NCBI GenBank assembly: GCA_964440115.1
Contig: CAYTPV010000007.1
Location: 23,107-87,106 of the forward strand
Direction: 5' to 3'
Origin: an uncultured Oscillospiraceae bacterium
GTDB lineage: Bacteria; Bacillota; Clostridia; Christensenellales; CAG-138
Length of the DNA stretch: 64,000 nucleotides
Under the pieces are notes generated by a model. The model ran no database searches and was not told the DNA's origin. It saw nothing but the letters and a program-made list of their open reading frames with translations. Of this stretch, positions 50,695 through 60,433 are shown piece by piece. Within the stretch, counting starts at the first letter, position 1. Each line of letters opens with the position of its first letter. A program made the translations under genes and the position numbers.

Positions 50695-51870
50695 TTGGAT
50701 TTTGGAACAATGATTATGATTCCTATCGCTGCTCTGGCGAGTGGAATTATATCGTTAGTGCACAAGGGCCACTCGAAATTGTGGGGATTTTTTATTGCGC
50801 TTCTCAGCCTTGCCTTTGGCCTGTTTTTATATAATAACATCACGCTGTTCAAGAATTGGAACAATATATTGATAATTTCGGGCGGTTGCATCGCAGTTTT
50901 AGATACGCTCTATCTTTTTCTGGTTGTACGCAATGACCGCCGTATTCATAAAAAAGGAAACGCGAAAAAAGCGGGCAGAAGGAACGTCAATTCCGCACCA
51001 AACACACCCATTCAAAAAACGAATTGCGAAGCATTCGATCTTTCTTACACTTCTGCTGCTGAACTCCATATTAAACGAAAACCGGTTGTATGTGAAATAC
51101 AGTATGTAGCAGAAGAAAACACCCTTGATGCAATACCTGATGTTTTTGTGTCACACAATGCAGGTATGTTGACTATTGCTCCGGGCAATTGGCCTTTGGG
51201 GGAAGTTAGATATCCACAAGTGATGGAAGAACATGCAAATGTGCTGGAGGCTATGCCAATCAGCCAGATGGATGACAGCACGCCCAACCAGTTTGCCGAA
51301 AGTTCGCTGTGTTCTGAACTTGAGGCGGTCGTCGATGCTGAGGCTTCGGATATCAGCGCTGATCCTTTCCACCCGGCCGATAAGAGAGATCCGGTACTTG
51401 ATGTGCAGGATCAAATGATCAACGATTCTCCGACGACAAATATCGAGGAATTTTCACCAACGACAAATATTGAGGAAGATTCTCCAACGACAAATATTGA
51501 GGAAGATTCTCCGACGACAAATATCGAGGAAGATTCACCGACGACAAAGATCGAGGAAGTTTCACCAGCGACAAATATCGAGGAAGATTCACCGACGACA
51601 AAGATCGAGGAAGATTCTCCGGCAACAAAAAATGATGAAGAAAGCACCGTAAAATCTAAAAACGTATCGTATGACATGCCTTTCCAATCGTACATGCAAG
51701 AGATTACCCGGTTAGTATCCGAAAAGCAATATTCCCGTGCGAGGGCCGGCATATTTGAGGTGCTCGGCATGAATTTGGATTTATCCGCTGATGACAAAAT
51801 GAGACTCATGCTGATTATGAAGTTGCTTAAAGATAAGGAAAAGGGTGCCGATGGAATACAAACGCGCTGA
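50695..51870 (+). CDS. Membrane-anchored acidic hypothetical protein with 9-aa tandem repeats
   Basis: TTG start after AAGGAG; three N-terminal TMs; (D/F/V)SP(T/A)T(N/K)IEE repeats. Confidence 0.7.
   Translation: MDFGTMIMIPIAALASGIISLVHKGHSKLWGFFIALLSLAFGLFLYNNITLFKNWNNILIISGGCIAVLDTLYLFLVVRNDRRIHKKGNAKKAGRRNVNSAPNTPIQKTNCEAFDLSYTSAAELHIKRKPVVCEIQYVAEENTLDAIPDVFVSHNAGMLTIAPGNWPLGEVRYPQVMEEHANVLEAMPISQMDDSTPNQFAESSLCSELEAVVDAEASDISADPFHPADKRDPVLDVQDQMINDSPTTNIEEFSPTTNIEEDSPTTNIEEDSPTTNIEEDSPTTKIEEVSPATNIEEDSPTTKIEEDSPATKNDEESTVKSKNVSYDMPFQSYMQEITRLVSEKQYSRARAGIFEVLGMNLDLSADDKMRLMLIMKLLKDKEKGADGIQTR
51424..51639 (+). repeat. 27-bp coding tandem repeat, 8 units (last degenerate)
   Basis: Unit gattctccgacgacaaatatcgaggaa, in frame, no spacers. 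Confidence 0.9.
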
Positions 51871-53245
51871 AATGCACAGAAAGAAAGGAAACATTAATGT
51901 AACGGCCGGTATAATCGCAACCCTTATAGCGATTTCTTCAATGATATTTCTGGGTGCGCTCGCGGGTATGAGGAGGGTGGCTGAAGCGCCGGTTTTTGCA
52001 CCGAAAACGGTTATCAATGGTGTTGACATCGGGGTAATGAGCTTTGAAGAAGGGCGAGCTCAAATACTGGATTTTGAAAATGAGCAGTTCAACCAGATTA
52101 AAATCTGCTTAGTATATAACGGCGTCAAGGCATCGTTCGACGCGTCGGAACTTGGAATTTCCACCAACGCAGAACAGGCGCTTACCGTCGCGTACAGGCG
52201 CAATAAAACCGGGCAGATTGCAGGGGATTTCAATCAATATCAAGAAGCATATCAAACCGAAACGAGCATCAGAATTGACGATTTCCGTTTAAGGCATACA
52301 ATTCAAGCATTTTTGGATGCAAACAATGTCCCCGCGCAGGATGCAAGTGCGTCATTCGACGTTGCGTCGAGAAAACTTCTCTTTACCCATGAGAAGAACG
52401 GTATTTCAGCGGATGCCAATGCAGTCTGTGAGCTTGTAAAAACGAAGATCCTGAAAAATGATTACAGCCCGCTTGAATTAAAGGGCAAGCTTGTCTACAA
52501 GACTTATGCAAAAACAACCGAGGCGATGCTTCGTAAAAACACAATACTTATCGGACAATGTTCTACTATCGCCAGCAACAATATGGATCGCAACGCCAAC
52601 ATTCAGTTGATGTGCGATGCGATCGATGGGCTTGCCATTCTTCCAGGGGAAACGCTCTCACTCAATGCCCTGGTTGGGCAGCGAACAGAGGGAAAGGGAT
52701 TCCGGCCCGCCCCATCCATAATCGACGGTCAATTGGTTAACGATATCGGCGGAGGAATATGCCAGCTTGCCGGTACACTGTATAATGCAGCTTTGTATGC
52801 AAACATGGAAATCGTGGAGAGGGTGCACCATACCTGGCCATCCGAATATTTGCCTGTAGGGCTGGATGCAACTTTGAATTGGAATAATAAGGATCTCAAG
52901 ATTAAAAACAATTCCAATTATCCTATATATATTTCAGCGGAATTCAAGAATCTCGTAGTAAAAGTTGAACTTTTCGGCCAGCCACCTCCGGAGGGAGTTG
53001 AAATTGATATTGAGACGATGATCATCAAGGAAATCGAAGCGCCTGCCCCTGATTTTGTTTATACCAATAAACTCCCTGCAGGGGAACGTAGAGTGAAAAT
53101 TGCAAGCAGGAAGGGATACGAAGTATCGGTCTACCGGCATTATCTGAAGAATGGCGAAATTGTGATGAGTGAAGAAATCTCATACGACCATTTTCGTGCC
53201 ATGCGTGGAACAGTATATCTGGGTACAGATGAAATAATAAAATGA
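51851..53245 (+). CDS. VanW-family protein (with PG-binding and G5-like regions)
   Basis: GGGICQLAGTLYNAAL, ERVHH, GLDATL, DLKIKN. Confidence 0.9.
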   Translation: MEYKRAEMHRKKGNINVTAGIIATLIAISSMIFLGALAGMRRVAEAPVFAPKTVINGVDIGVMSFEEGRAQILDFENEQFNQIKICLVYNGVKASFDASELGISTNAEQALTVAYRRNKTGQIAGDFNQYQEAYQTETSIRIDDFRLRHTIQAFLDANNVPAQDASASFDVASRKLLFTHEKNGISADANAVCELVKTKILKNDYSPLELKGKLVYKTYAKTTEAMLRKNTILIGQCSTIASNNMDRNANIQLMCDAIDGLAILPGETLSLNALVGQRTEGKGFRPAPSIIDGQLVNDIGGGICQLAGTLYNAALYANMEIVERVHHTWPSEYLPVGLDATLNWNNKDLKIKNNSNYPIYISAEFKNLVVKVELFGQPPPEGVEIDIETMIIKEIEAPAPDFVYTNKLPAGERRVKIASRKGYEVSVYRHYLKNGEIVMSEEISYDHFRAMRGTVYLGTDEIIK

Positions 53246-53264
53246 GCTAAGCAGGAGGGAAGTC

Positions 53265-53918
53265 ATGAAAAAATCGAGCGAGGTATTACGTCTCAAAGTG
53301 ATGGGCATTCGCGAAGGAAGAGATAAGGGCACTATTGAGGATATCTTGATAAATGCGGTCACAAAGCTTGTGGAGTATTACATTATTAAGCACGGTAGAG
53401 GCTACGGATTTTACGCACTTGCATGCAAGGATGTCATCGGCATCGGAGCAGATTATGCAATCACCTCCTCGGCAGACAATGTGAAAAGGCTGTACGAATT
53501 CAAGGAACTTTTGGAAGCCACGGAAAAAGGGTTCTATATTATTGGCGCGACGGTGCTTTCGAGTTCAGGTGATATTATTGGCGAGGTAAATGATTTCAGC
53601 TATTCGGAGAAAACAGGTGAACTTCAGAAGCTTTTCCTGGACAACGGCAACGAATTTTTAGCGGATAAAATAGCCGCATTGGCGGGAAACACTGTGTTCC
53701 TTAACCTTGAGGAATATCCGGTCGCCCCGCCGGAAAGCGATCGGCTCTCGGAGATTGAAGAAGAATCCATTCAATTTCTGCTTGGGAAAACCCTCAAAAC
53801 CGCAGTAATCAGCGAAGATGGAGAATTCCATGTCGATACCAATGTCGTATTGACGAGAGAACTGCTCGAAGAAGCCGCCAAACACGATGCCATACTGACT
53901 CTCACCATTAACGTTTAA
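53265..53918 (+). CDS. PRC-barrel domain protein
   Basis: Two PRC-like repeats (GTIEDILIN, GDIIGEVNDF). Confidence 0.7.
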   Translation: MKKSSEVLRLKVMGIREGRDKGTIEDILINAVTKLVEYYIIKHGRGYGFYALACKDVIGIGADYAITSSADNVKRLYEFKELLEATEKGFYIIGATVLSSSGDIIGEVNDFSYSEKTGELQKLFLDNGNEFLADKIAALAGNTVFLNLEEYPVAPPESDRLSEIEEESIQFLLGKTLKTAVISEDGEFHVDTNVVLTRELLEEAAKHDAILTLTINV

Positions 53919-54045
53919 TAGGCTGCAAGCTCTTTGGAAAGAGTCATTGCTTTACGGCTGAACGGGTGCACTGCACCCGTTCAGCCTGCTGTTTGCTGGA
54001 CATGCAGCACCCCCCCACCGGGCTTGAAGAAAATAATGGCCAAGA

Positions 54046-54074
54046 TTGACAGCCATGAAACACCTAGATATAAT
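54046..54074 (+). promoter_or_regulatory. sigmaA promoter of hisS-aspS
   Basis: TTGACA-17 bp-TATAAT, perfect consensus. Confidence 0.85.
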
Positions 54075-54079
54075 GAAAC

Positions 54080-54310
54080 GACAGGCGATGACAGGGAGAG
54101 TAACGGACTGCGCGGCAGCAGAGAGAAACGGTCAAGGCTGAAAGCCGTTTTGGCAGGCGCATTTTGTGAAGGACACCTTTGGAGCCGCTCCGCCAAACCC
54201 ATATTGGCTCAGGCGGGGACGTATGCCGGCGTTAACGGTATGAGTGGAGCCATAATGGCTCAATCAGGGTGGTACCGCGGGTCTCCCGTCCCTATGCAGG
54301 ATGGGGGACC
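54080..54310 (+). ncRNA. T-box riboswitch, His specifier
   Basis: AGAGA and GCTGAAA stem I boxes, CAC specifier at 54174-54176, T-box AGGGTGGTACCGCG at 54266-54279. Confidence 0.92.
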
Positions 54311-54344
54311 CTATATTCATATCCGGGATATGGAGGAAAAGAAA

Positions 54345-55604
54345 ATGGCTTTGCAGGCCCCAAAGGGAACGAGGGATGTTACCCCGCAGGAAAGTTATAA
54401 GTGGCAGTATGTCGAAGGTCTGGTTCGGGAAATCTGCGAAAGGCACGGTTTTTCTGAAGCCCGCACGCCTGTGTTCGAGCATACGGAGCTGTTTTTACGC
54501 GGCGTGGGCGATACAACGGATATCGTTCAGAAGGAAATGTACACATTTGAAGATAAGGGCGGCCGTTCCATTACCTTAAAACCGGAGGGTACGGCAGGCA
54601 TCGTGCGCATGTTTGTTGAGCACAATCTGTCCAATGAAGCACAGCCCACCAAAATGTATTACCTCAACTGTCCTGTGTTCCGTTATGAAAAGCCGCAGGC
54701 AGGCCGTTTGCGTGAACATCACCAGTTTGGTATCGAGATGTTCGGTGCGCCCAAGGCCAGCGCGGATGCGGAGTGCATAGGCGTGGCTTTGGAATTGTTC
54801 CGGCGTGTGGGTGTGAAGGATCTCACGGTGCACATCAACAGCATTGGCTGCCCGAAATGCCGCCCGCAGTACCATGCGGCGCTCAAGGAATATCTGCACG
54901 GCCGTGAAAACGAGCTTTGTAAGACCTGTAAAGAACGGCTGGAGAAAAACCCTCTGCGCGTGCTGGACTGCAAGGAACCGGAATGCAAGCGCATTACTGC
55001 AGAGGCTCCTGTTATTCTCGATTATCTTTGCGACGACTGCAACAGCCATATGGCAGAATTGAAAGCCTGTTTGGATGTTATGGGCGTGCAATACTCCGTC
55101 GATCCTTATATCGTCAGGGGTCTCGATTATTACACGCGTACCGTGTTTGAAATCATCTCGACACATATCGGCTCGCAGGGCACGGTGTGCGGCGGCGGCC
55201 GTTATGACGGGCTGGTGGAAGAAATAGGCGGGCCGTCCCTGCCGGCAGTTGGATTCGGGCTGGGGCTCGAACGCCTTCTGCTCGTGGCGGAAAATCAGGG
55301 TGTCGTCATTCCGGAACCTCGTCCTTGCGATGTGTATATCGCCGCCATGGGCGACGCCGCAAGGCTTAAGGGCTTTGCGCTGGCATTTACGCTGCGCTCG
55401 TTGGGGCTGCGCGTGGAATGCGATCATGTAGGCCGCAGTTTTAAAGCGCAGTTCAAATATGCGGATAAGCTCGGCACGCGCTATGTTGCCGTACTTGGTG
55501 AGAACGAACTGGAATCGGGAATTATCAAGCTCAAACAGATGGCAACCGGCACGGAAACACAAACGAAGCTTGACGCGCAGGATATCGCCCGCGCGATACA
55601 ATAA
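54345..55604 (+). CDS. hisS: Histidine--tRNA ligase
   Basis: APKGTRD, KEMYTF, LKPEGTA, RGLDYY, GGGRYDGL; true start at 54345 after GGAGG. Confidence 0.98.
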   Translation: MALQAPKGTRDVTPQESYKWQYVEGLVREICERHGFSEARTPVFEHTELFLRGVGDTTDIVQKEMYTFEDKGGRSITLKPEGTAGIVRMFVEHNLSNEAQPTKMYYLNCPVFRYEKPQAGRLREHHQFGIEMFGAPKASADAECIGVALELFRRVGVKDLTVHINSIGCPKCRPQYHAALKEYLHGRENELCKTCKERLEKNPLRVLDCKEPECKRITAEAPVILDYLCDDCNSHMAELKACLDVMGVQYSVDPYIVRGLDYYTRTVFEIISTHIGSQGTVCGGGRYDGLVEEIGGPSLPAVGFGLGLERLLLVAENQGVVIPEPRPCDVYIAAMGDAARLKGFALAFTLRSLGLRVECDHVGRSFKAQFKYADKLGTRYVAVLGENELESGIIKLKQMATGTETQTKLDAQDIARAIQ

Positions 55605-55649
55605 GATACCATTTTCAAATAACTGCCTGAGAAAAAAAGGAGTATTGCA

Positions 55650-57437
55650 ATGAGCGAATTGCTGAGCGGCTGGAAACGCACACACTATTGCACCAATCTG
55701 GGTGAATCGGATGTCGGGAATGAAGTCGTGCTCATGGGCTGGACAAACGCCCGCCGTGATTTGGGCGCGCTGATTTTCGTTGGCCTTCGGGACCGTACCG
55801 GCATCATGCAGGTCACGTTCTCATCGAGCGATCTGCCTTTGGATATATTCGAAAAAGCGCAGACCATACGCGCCGAATACGTGCTTGCCGTCAGGGGCAC
55901 GCTTGCCCGTCGCTCGCCGGATATGGTGAACGCACGTATGCAGACGGGAGCCTATGAGGTGCTCGTAAAGGATTTCAAAATACTTGGCAAGGCGGAAACA
56001 CCGCCCATTGAGCTCGGCGACGATACCAAGACAAACGAGCTGCTGCGCCTGAAATACCGCTATCTCGATCTTCGCCGTCCTGCCATGCAGAAGAATCTCA
56101 TGCTGCGGCACAGGATCGCGAACATTGCACGCAATTACTATGCGGAACAGGGGTTTCTGGAAATTGAGACCCCCATACTCACCAAGAGCACGCCCGAAGG
56201 CGCGCGCGATTATCTCGTGCCCAGCCGCGTGCATCCCGGCTCCTTCTATGCGCTGCCGCAAAGCCCGCAGCAGTTTAAGCAGCTGTTGATGCTTTCTGGT
56301 TACGACAGGTATATTCAGATCGCACGCTGCTTCCGCGATGAGGATTTGCGTGCCGACCGTCAGCCGGAATTTACACAGATCGACCTTGAAATGTCCTTCG
56401 TAGAAGAGGATGACGTCATCGCCGTCAACGAGGGCTTTTTAAAGCGTCTGTTTAAAGAAGAGATGGGCGTGGATATCTCGTTGCCGCTGCGCCGCTTCCC
56501 CTATAAAGAAGCGATGGATCGGTTTGGCTCGGATAAGCCGGATACGCGCTTTGGACTGGAACTTGTGGACCTGAGCGATATCGTGAAGGATTGCGGGTTC
56601 GGCGTATTCACGGATGCCGTAGCGAAGGGCGGCAGCGTACGCTGTATCAATGTGAAGGCTGCCGGGGATAAGATTTCCCGCCGCGAGATCGACGCCCTGA
56701 CCGAGCATGTGAAAACATATAAGGCGAAGGGACTTGCCTGGCTGACAATGAAGCCCGAAGGCCCGCAGGCGTCTTTTGCGAAGTTCCTGACACCGGAGCA
56801 AATTCAGGCTATCTGCGAACGCGCCGTTGCAGAAACGGGTGACATCCTGTTCTTTGTTGCGGATAAAAACAGCGTGGTCTACGCCTCGCTTGGCGCACTG
56901 CGTCTTGAGCTCGCAAAACGCCTGAACCTTATTGAGCCGAACACTTACGACCTGTTGTGGGTTACGGATTTCCCGCTGCTTGAGTGGGATGAAGAGTCGG
57001 GCCGTTTCTTTGCGATGCATCACCCGTTCACACACCCCAAGGATGAGGATATCGATAAACTGGAAAGCGACCCCGGCGCTGTACATGCAAAAGCATACGA
57101 TATCGTGCTCAACGGCAACGAGATTGGCGGTGGCTCCATCCGTATCCATTCCTCCGAGCTGCAGGAACGCATGTTCAGTGCGCTTGGCTTTACCAAGGAA
57201 GAATCGTGGAAGAGATTTGGATTTTTGATGGAAGCGTTCAAGTATGGCACGCCGCCGCACGGCGGTTTGGCGTATGGTCTGGATAGGCTGGCCATGCTGC
57301 TCGCGGGCGCAAGCTCCATTCGCGATGTGATCGCGTTCCCCAAGGTACAGAACGCGTCCTGTCCGATGTCGGAAGCACCCGATCAGGTTGATGATAAGCA
57401 GCTTGAAGAACTGCACATCAAACTGAATCTGGAATAA
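55650..57437 (+). CDS. aspS: Aspartate--tRNA ligase
   Basis: RTHYC, PEGARDY, PQSPQ, FRDEDLRADRQPEF, PPHGG. Confidence 0.98.
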   Translation: MSELLSGWKRTHYCTNLGESDVGNEVVLMGWTNARRDLGALIFVGLRDRTGIMQVTFSSSDLPLDIFEKAQTIRAEYVLAVRGTLARRSPDMVNARMQTGAYEVLVKDFKILGKAETPPIELGDDTKTNELLRLKYRYLDLRRPAMQKNLMLRHRIANIARNYYAEQGFLEIETPILTKSTPEGARDYLVPSRVHPGSFYALPQSPQQFKQLLMLSGYDRYIQIARCFRDEDLRADRQPEFTQIDLEMSFVEEDDVIAVNEGFLKRLFKEEMGVDISLPLRRFPYKEAMDRFGSDKPDTRFGLELVDLSDIVKDCGFGVFTDAVAKGGSVRCINVKAAGDKISRREIDALTEHVKTYKAKGLAWLTMKPEGPQASFAKFLTPEQIQAICERAVAETGDILFFVADKNSVVYASLGALRLELAKRLNLIEPNTYDLLWVTDFPLLEWDEESGRFFAMHHPFTHPKDEDIDKLESDPGAVHAKAYDIVLNGNEIGGGSIRIHSSELQERMFSALGFTKEESWKRFGFLMEAFKYGTPPHGGLAYGLDRLAMLLAGASSIRDVIAFPKVQNASCPMSEAPDQVDDKQLEELHIKLNLE

Positions 57438-57485
57438 AGCGTTTCACCGCATGCTAGAAGGGTAAGATAAGCCAGGAGGACAAGC

Positions 57486-57884
57486 ATGCAGCAATTCGGC
57501 GTTGTAATGGAAGTCAATGGGGATAAGGCCATTGTGCGCTTTACCCGCACAAAGGCTTGTTTGCGCTGCGGCGCGTGCATGAGCTTGGGCGAAAATCAGG
57601 CGCAGGTGGAACTTATGAATACGCTGCAGGCGAAGGTAGGCGACTCTGTTCGCGTGGAACTCCACGAGAAAAGCCTGATGCGCGCAAGCTTGTTTGCCTA
57701 TATGCTGCCGCTGTGCGCATTGCTATTGGGTGTAATAGCAGGTACGCGCATCAGTGATTTGACCGGTTTGCTATTGGGCTTGACTCTTGCAGGACTATCT
57801 TTCGTTCTGCTGCGGTGGCTTGAACCAAGATTTGCGCGCATGGAGGCATTTCATCCGCGCATGATAAGTATTGAACCAAACTAA
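57486..57884 (+). CDS. RseC/SoxR-reducing system family protein
   Basis: ACLRCGAC, AYMLPL, two TMs. Confidence 0.85.
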   Translation: MQQFGVVMEVNGDKAIVRFTRTKACLRCGACMSLGENQAQVELMNTLQAKVGDSVRVELHEKSLMRASLFAYMLPLCALLLGVIAGTRISDLTGLLLGLTLAGLSFVLLRWLEPRFARMEAFHPRMISIEPN

Positions 57885-57906
57885 GATACTGTGGGAGGAA
57901 ACGAAC

Positions 57907-58230
57907 ATGTCCAATGATCTGTTGTATTTAACGAGGGAAACCTTTGACTCGACGCTTGCCTCTTCCGAACCCGTCATGGTGGATTTCTGGGCAACCTGGT
58001 GCGGTCCCTGCCGCATGATTGGCCCCGTTATTGAAGAACTGGCCACTGAATATAAGGGCAAGGCGAAGGTTTGTAAAGTGGATGTGGACGAACAACCGGA
58101 GCTTGCCGAACGTTTTCAGGTCATGACCATCCCGACTGTCATTGTATTCAAGAACGGTCAGATAGCGGAGAAAACGATAGGTGCGAAATCCAAGCAGGCG
58201 TTTGCACAGATGATTGACAAGCAGCTATAA
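57907..58230 (+). CDS. trxA: Thioredoxin
   Basis: WATWCGPC. Confidence 0.97.
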   Translation: MSNDLLYLTRETFDSTLASSEPVMVDFWATWCGPCRMIGPVIEELATEYKGKAKVCKVDVDEQPELAERFQVMTIPTVIVFKNGQIAEKTIGAKSKQAFAQMIDKQL

Positions 58231-58295
58231 ACTACCAAAATTAGAAGCCGCGCGAGTATTCGCGCGGCTTTTTGCATGCAGATGAATGAGTTACG

Positions 58296-59873
58296 TTAGT
58301 TCAAAGTCTTCAATCGTTCCTGCCACTGTGTGTTCAACTTTTTACCGGATTTTGTTGCTGCAAGACCGCCGCAGTGGGAGAATTTCAATTCCGTAGGCAT
58401 TAGCTTTTGTGTTTGTGCCATTGCAGCCACAACGTCATCGGGTTCAATGGCTGACCGAATACCCGCCAATCCCATTTCCGCCCCAAAGAAAGCGATGGCT
58501 GCTCCCATGGCGTTGCGCTTGATGCAGGGTACCTCCACAGGGCTGGCCGGGGGATCGCAAGTCAGACCCAATACGTTTTTCAGAGCGAGGGCAGCTGCAT
58601 GCACGATTTCCTGAGTGCTTCCTCCCGCAAGATATACGATTCCGCCAGCTCCCATTGCTGCGCCAATGCCAATTTCACCCTGACAACCACCTGCAGTACC
58701 GGAAAAGGATGCCTGATTTCCGATAATAACCCCAATAGCTGCAGCAATAAGAAATGCTTTAGCGAGCTCAGTTTTATCCTTGCCGTAACGCTCCGCTGCA
58801 GTAAATAGAACGCCCGGCAGAGTGCCCGCAGCGCCACCCGTAGGCGCGGCTACGATGCGTTCCGACGCGGCATTCAACTGGGCAAGTACCATTGCCCTTC
58901 CCATTGCACGGGAGAACATTTCATCAAGTACGGACTTGCCCGACTGTGACCATCGGAGCATTTTCTTACCGTCTCCAGGATCGGTGAGCTTTCCTACAAG
59001 GTCGATGGGCTCGCTTTCTCCTTTATCAAGCGCAGAAGCTATTACGTCCACCAGATACTCTGCTTCAGAAAGCACATCTTCCTTATTAACATTGCTGCGA
59101 CGGCTTTCATACTCGAGAATAACGTCCAGAATGTCCCGATCCTTGCACAACTCCAAAAGCTCGCCGAAGGTTGTGAAAAGGGGAGGGTGACCGGAATCGC
59201 TGAATGTATATAGCGGCGGCACTAACCAACATCTCAGCCGCAATTCTTCCTCTGCTTGTTTTAAATATGGCGGAAGGCTAGCAGCAATTTGCGGCTCGAG
59301 AGAAAAGACACCGCAGCAAAGAAAGCAATGCCCCAAAACCTGCCCCGAGGCAGTGGTTTTGCAACCCTCCAGCCCGGAAAGAAAGTGTTGCAGTTCCTGC
59401 ATCAAAGATTCGGTATCGGCCAGAGCAATTACCTCCCATGCGTTCCCGTCCAAGCGCACCTCAAGGCCATTGATACGGTCGATGACAATATTGCCTCCGC
59501 CGACGGATTCGCCGTTGATTTCCCAGGACTGTCCATCAATTTCGGCCATAATTCGCATGGTATTCCGGCTGCGCTCAAGTTCATCGATGGCGTAAGCTTC
59601 CCATGAGATACCGCGTTCTTCTGCAATCTTTATAGAACGCGTGCTCTCTTCGTCGTACTCCCGCAATCCAAGACAGCCTGCAATCAGCGCTGTGTGGCTT
59701 TTCTGGCCGATATAGGAGCCCATATAAGCGGGATGAAAGCCCAATCGTATTTTATTCGCTTTTCCGCCCATCAGCTTGCCGGCCAGGTAACCGATACGGT
59801 TGGCGCCGCCGGTATGGCTGCTGGAGGGACCGTGCATCACAGGCCCTACAACGTCAAATAGTCCTAGTGCCAT
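58296..59873 (-). CDS. Fe-S L-serine dehydratase, beta(+ACT) and alpha subunits fused
   Basis: GPVMHGPSSSH (beta); IVAAPTGG, GGCQGE, LTCDP, VPCIKRNA (alpha, three Cys ligands). Confidence 0.9.
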   Translation of the reverse strand: MALGLFDVVGPVMHGPSSSHTGGANRIGYLAGKLMGGKANKIRLGFHPAYMGSYIGQKSHTALIAGCLGLREYDEESTRSIKIAEERGISWEAYAIDELERSRNTMRIMAEIDGQSWEINGESVGGGNIVIDRINGLEVRLDGNAWEVIALADTESLMQELQHFLSGLEGCKTTASGQVLGHCFLCCGVFSLEPQIAASLPPYLKQAEEELRLRCWLVPPLYTFSDSGHPPLFTTFGELLELCKDRDILDVILEYESRRSNVNKEDVLSEAEYLVDVIASALDKGESEPIDLVGKLTDPGDGKKMLRWSQSGKSVLDEMFSRAMGRAMVLAQLNAASERIVAAPTGGAAGTLPGVLFTAAERYGKDKTELAKAFLIAAAIGVIIGNQASFSGTAGGCQGEIGIGAAMGAGGIVYLAGGSTQEIVHAAALALKNVLGLTCDPPASPVEVPCIKRNAMGAAIAFFGAEMGLAGIRSAIEPDDVVAAMAQTQKLMPTELKFSHCGGLAATKSGKKLNTQWQERLKTLN

Positions 59874-59994
59874 TTTTCTCCTCCTGCTATAATCCTGTTC
59901 TATAGTACTTCTTGCATTATACCTGAAAACAGGGGTAAAGAAATGCGCGACAGCTGATTTCTAATCGGAATAATGCTTTGAGACATATTTTTGC

Positions 59995-60022
59995 TTGACT
60001 ATCCCGCCTGATCGGGTATAAT
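59995..60022 (+). promoter_or_regulatory. sigmaA promoter of ylxM-ffh
   Basis: TTGACT-16 bp-TATAAT. Confidence 0.65.
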
Positions 60023-60076
60023 AACTAAGGTGTAAAGCAATATACCTTTACAGCACACGGCAAGGCGGGTGCGGCT

Positions 60077-60433
60077 ATGGAACGAAATATTGAGTTGGGC
60101 ATGCTGCTTTCTTGGTATGGTGCTTTTCTGACGACAAGGCAGCAGGAATTGCTCGCGATGCATGTGGACGAGGATCTTTCGTTAAGCGAAATAGCCGAAC
60201 GAGAGGGAATATCCCGGCAAGGTGTACACGACGCCCTGCGGCGTGCGGAAACACAGCTGCTTGAAATGGAAGCGCGTCTAGGCCTTGTGCGGCGCACGAA
60301 GTCGGTAGAATCCGGGCTGAAGGCGCTGTATACTGAAATTGAACAGACCCATCTGCCTGATGAAGAAAGGCAATCCCTGCTGCAGCATGTAGATACGCTG
60401 TTAAACCAATGGGAGGATGACCATGGCGTTTGA
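60077..60433 (+). CDS. ylxM: YlxM-family DNA-binding protein
   Basis: YGAFLT.RQ, DLSLSEIAE..GISRQGVHD. Confidence 0.92.
   Translation: MERNIELGMLLSWYGAFLTTRQQELLAMHVDEDLSLSEIAEREGISRQGVHDALRRAETQLLEMEARLGLVRRTKSVESGLKALYTEIEQTHLPDEERQSLLQHVDTLLNQWEDDHGV

Noticed and set aside
51424-51639. Regular repeats as a CRISPR array
   Set aside because: No unique spacers, in-frame coding repeat, no cas genes.
53920-54030. 6S RNA, given proximity to hisS-aspS and a cccacc...gggcttgaa motif
   Set aside because: Too short (~100 nt) and lacks the central bubble; kept only as an unassigned structured element.
53934-54344. 137-aa N-terminal extension of HisS in the ORF track
   Set aside because: The region is the promoter and T-box leader; the real start is 54345.
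56439-57416. Long antisense ORFs over aspS (also over hisS, ABC-F, trmD, dhaK)
   Set aside because: Shadow frames of well-supported genes in moderately GC-rich DNA.
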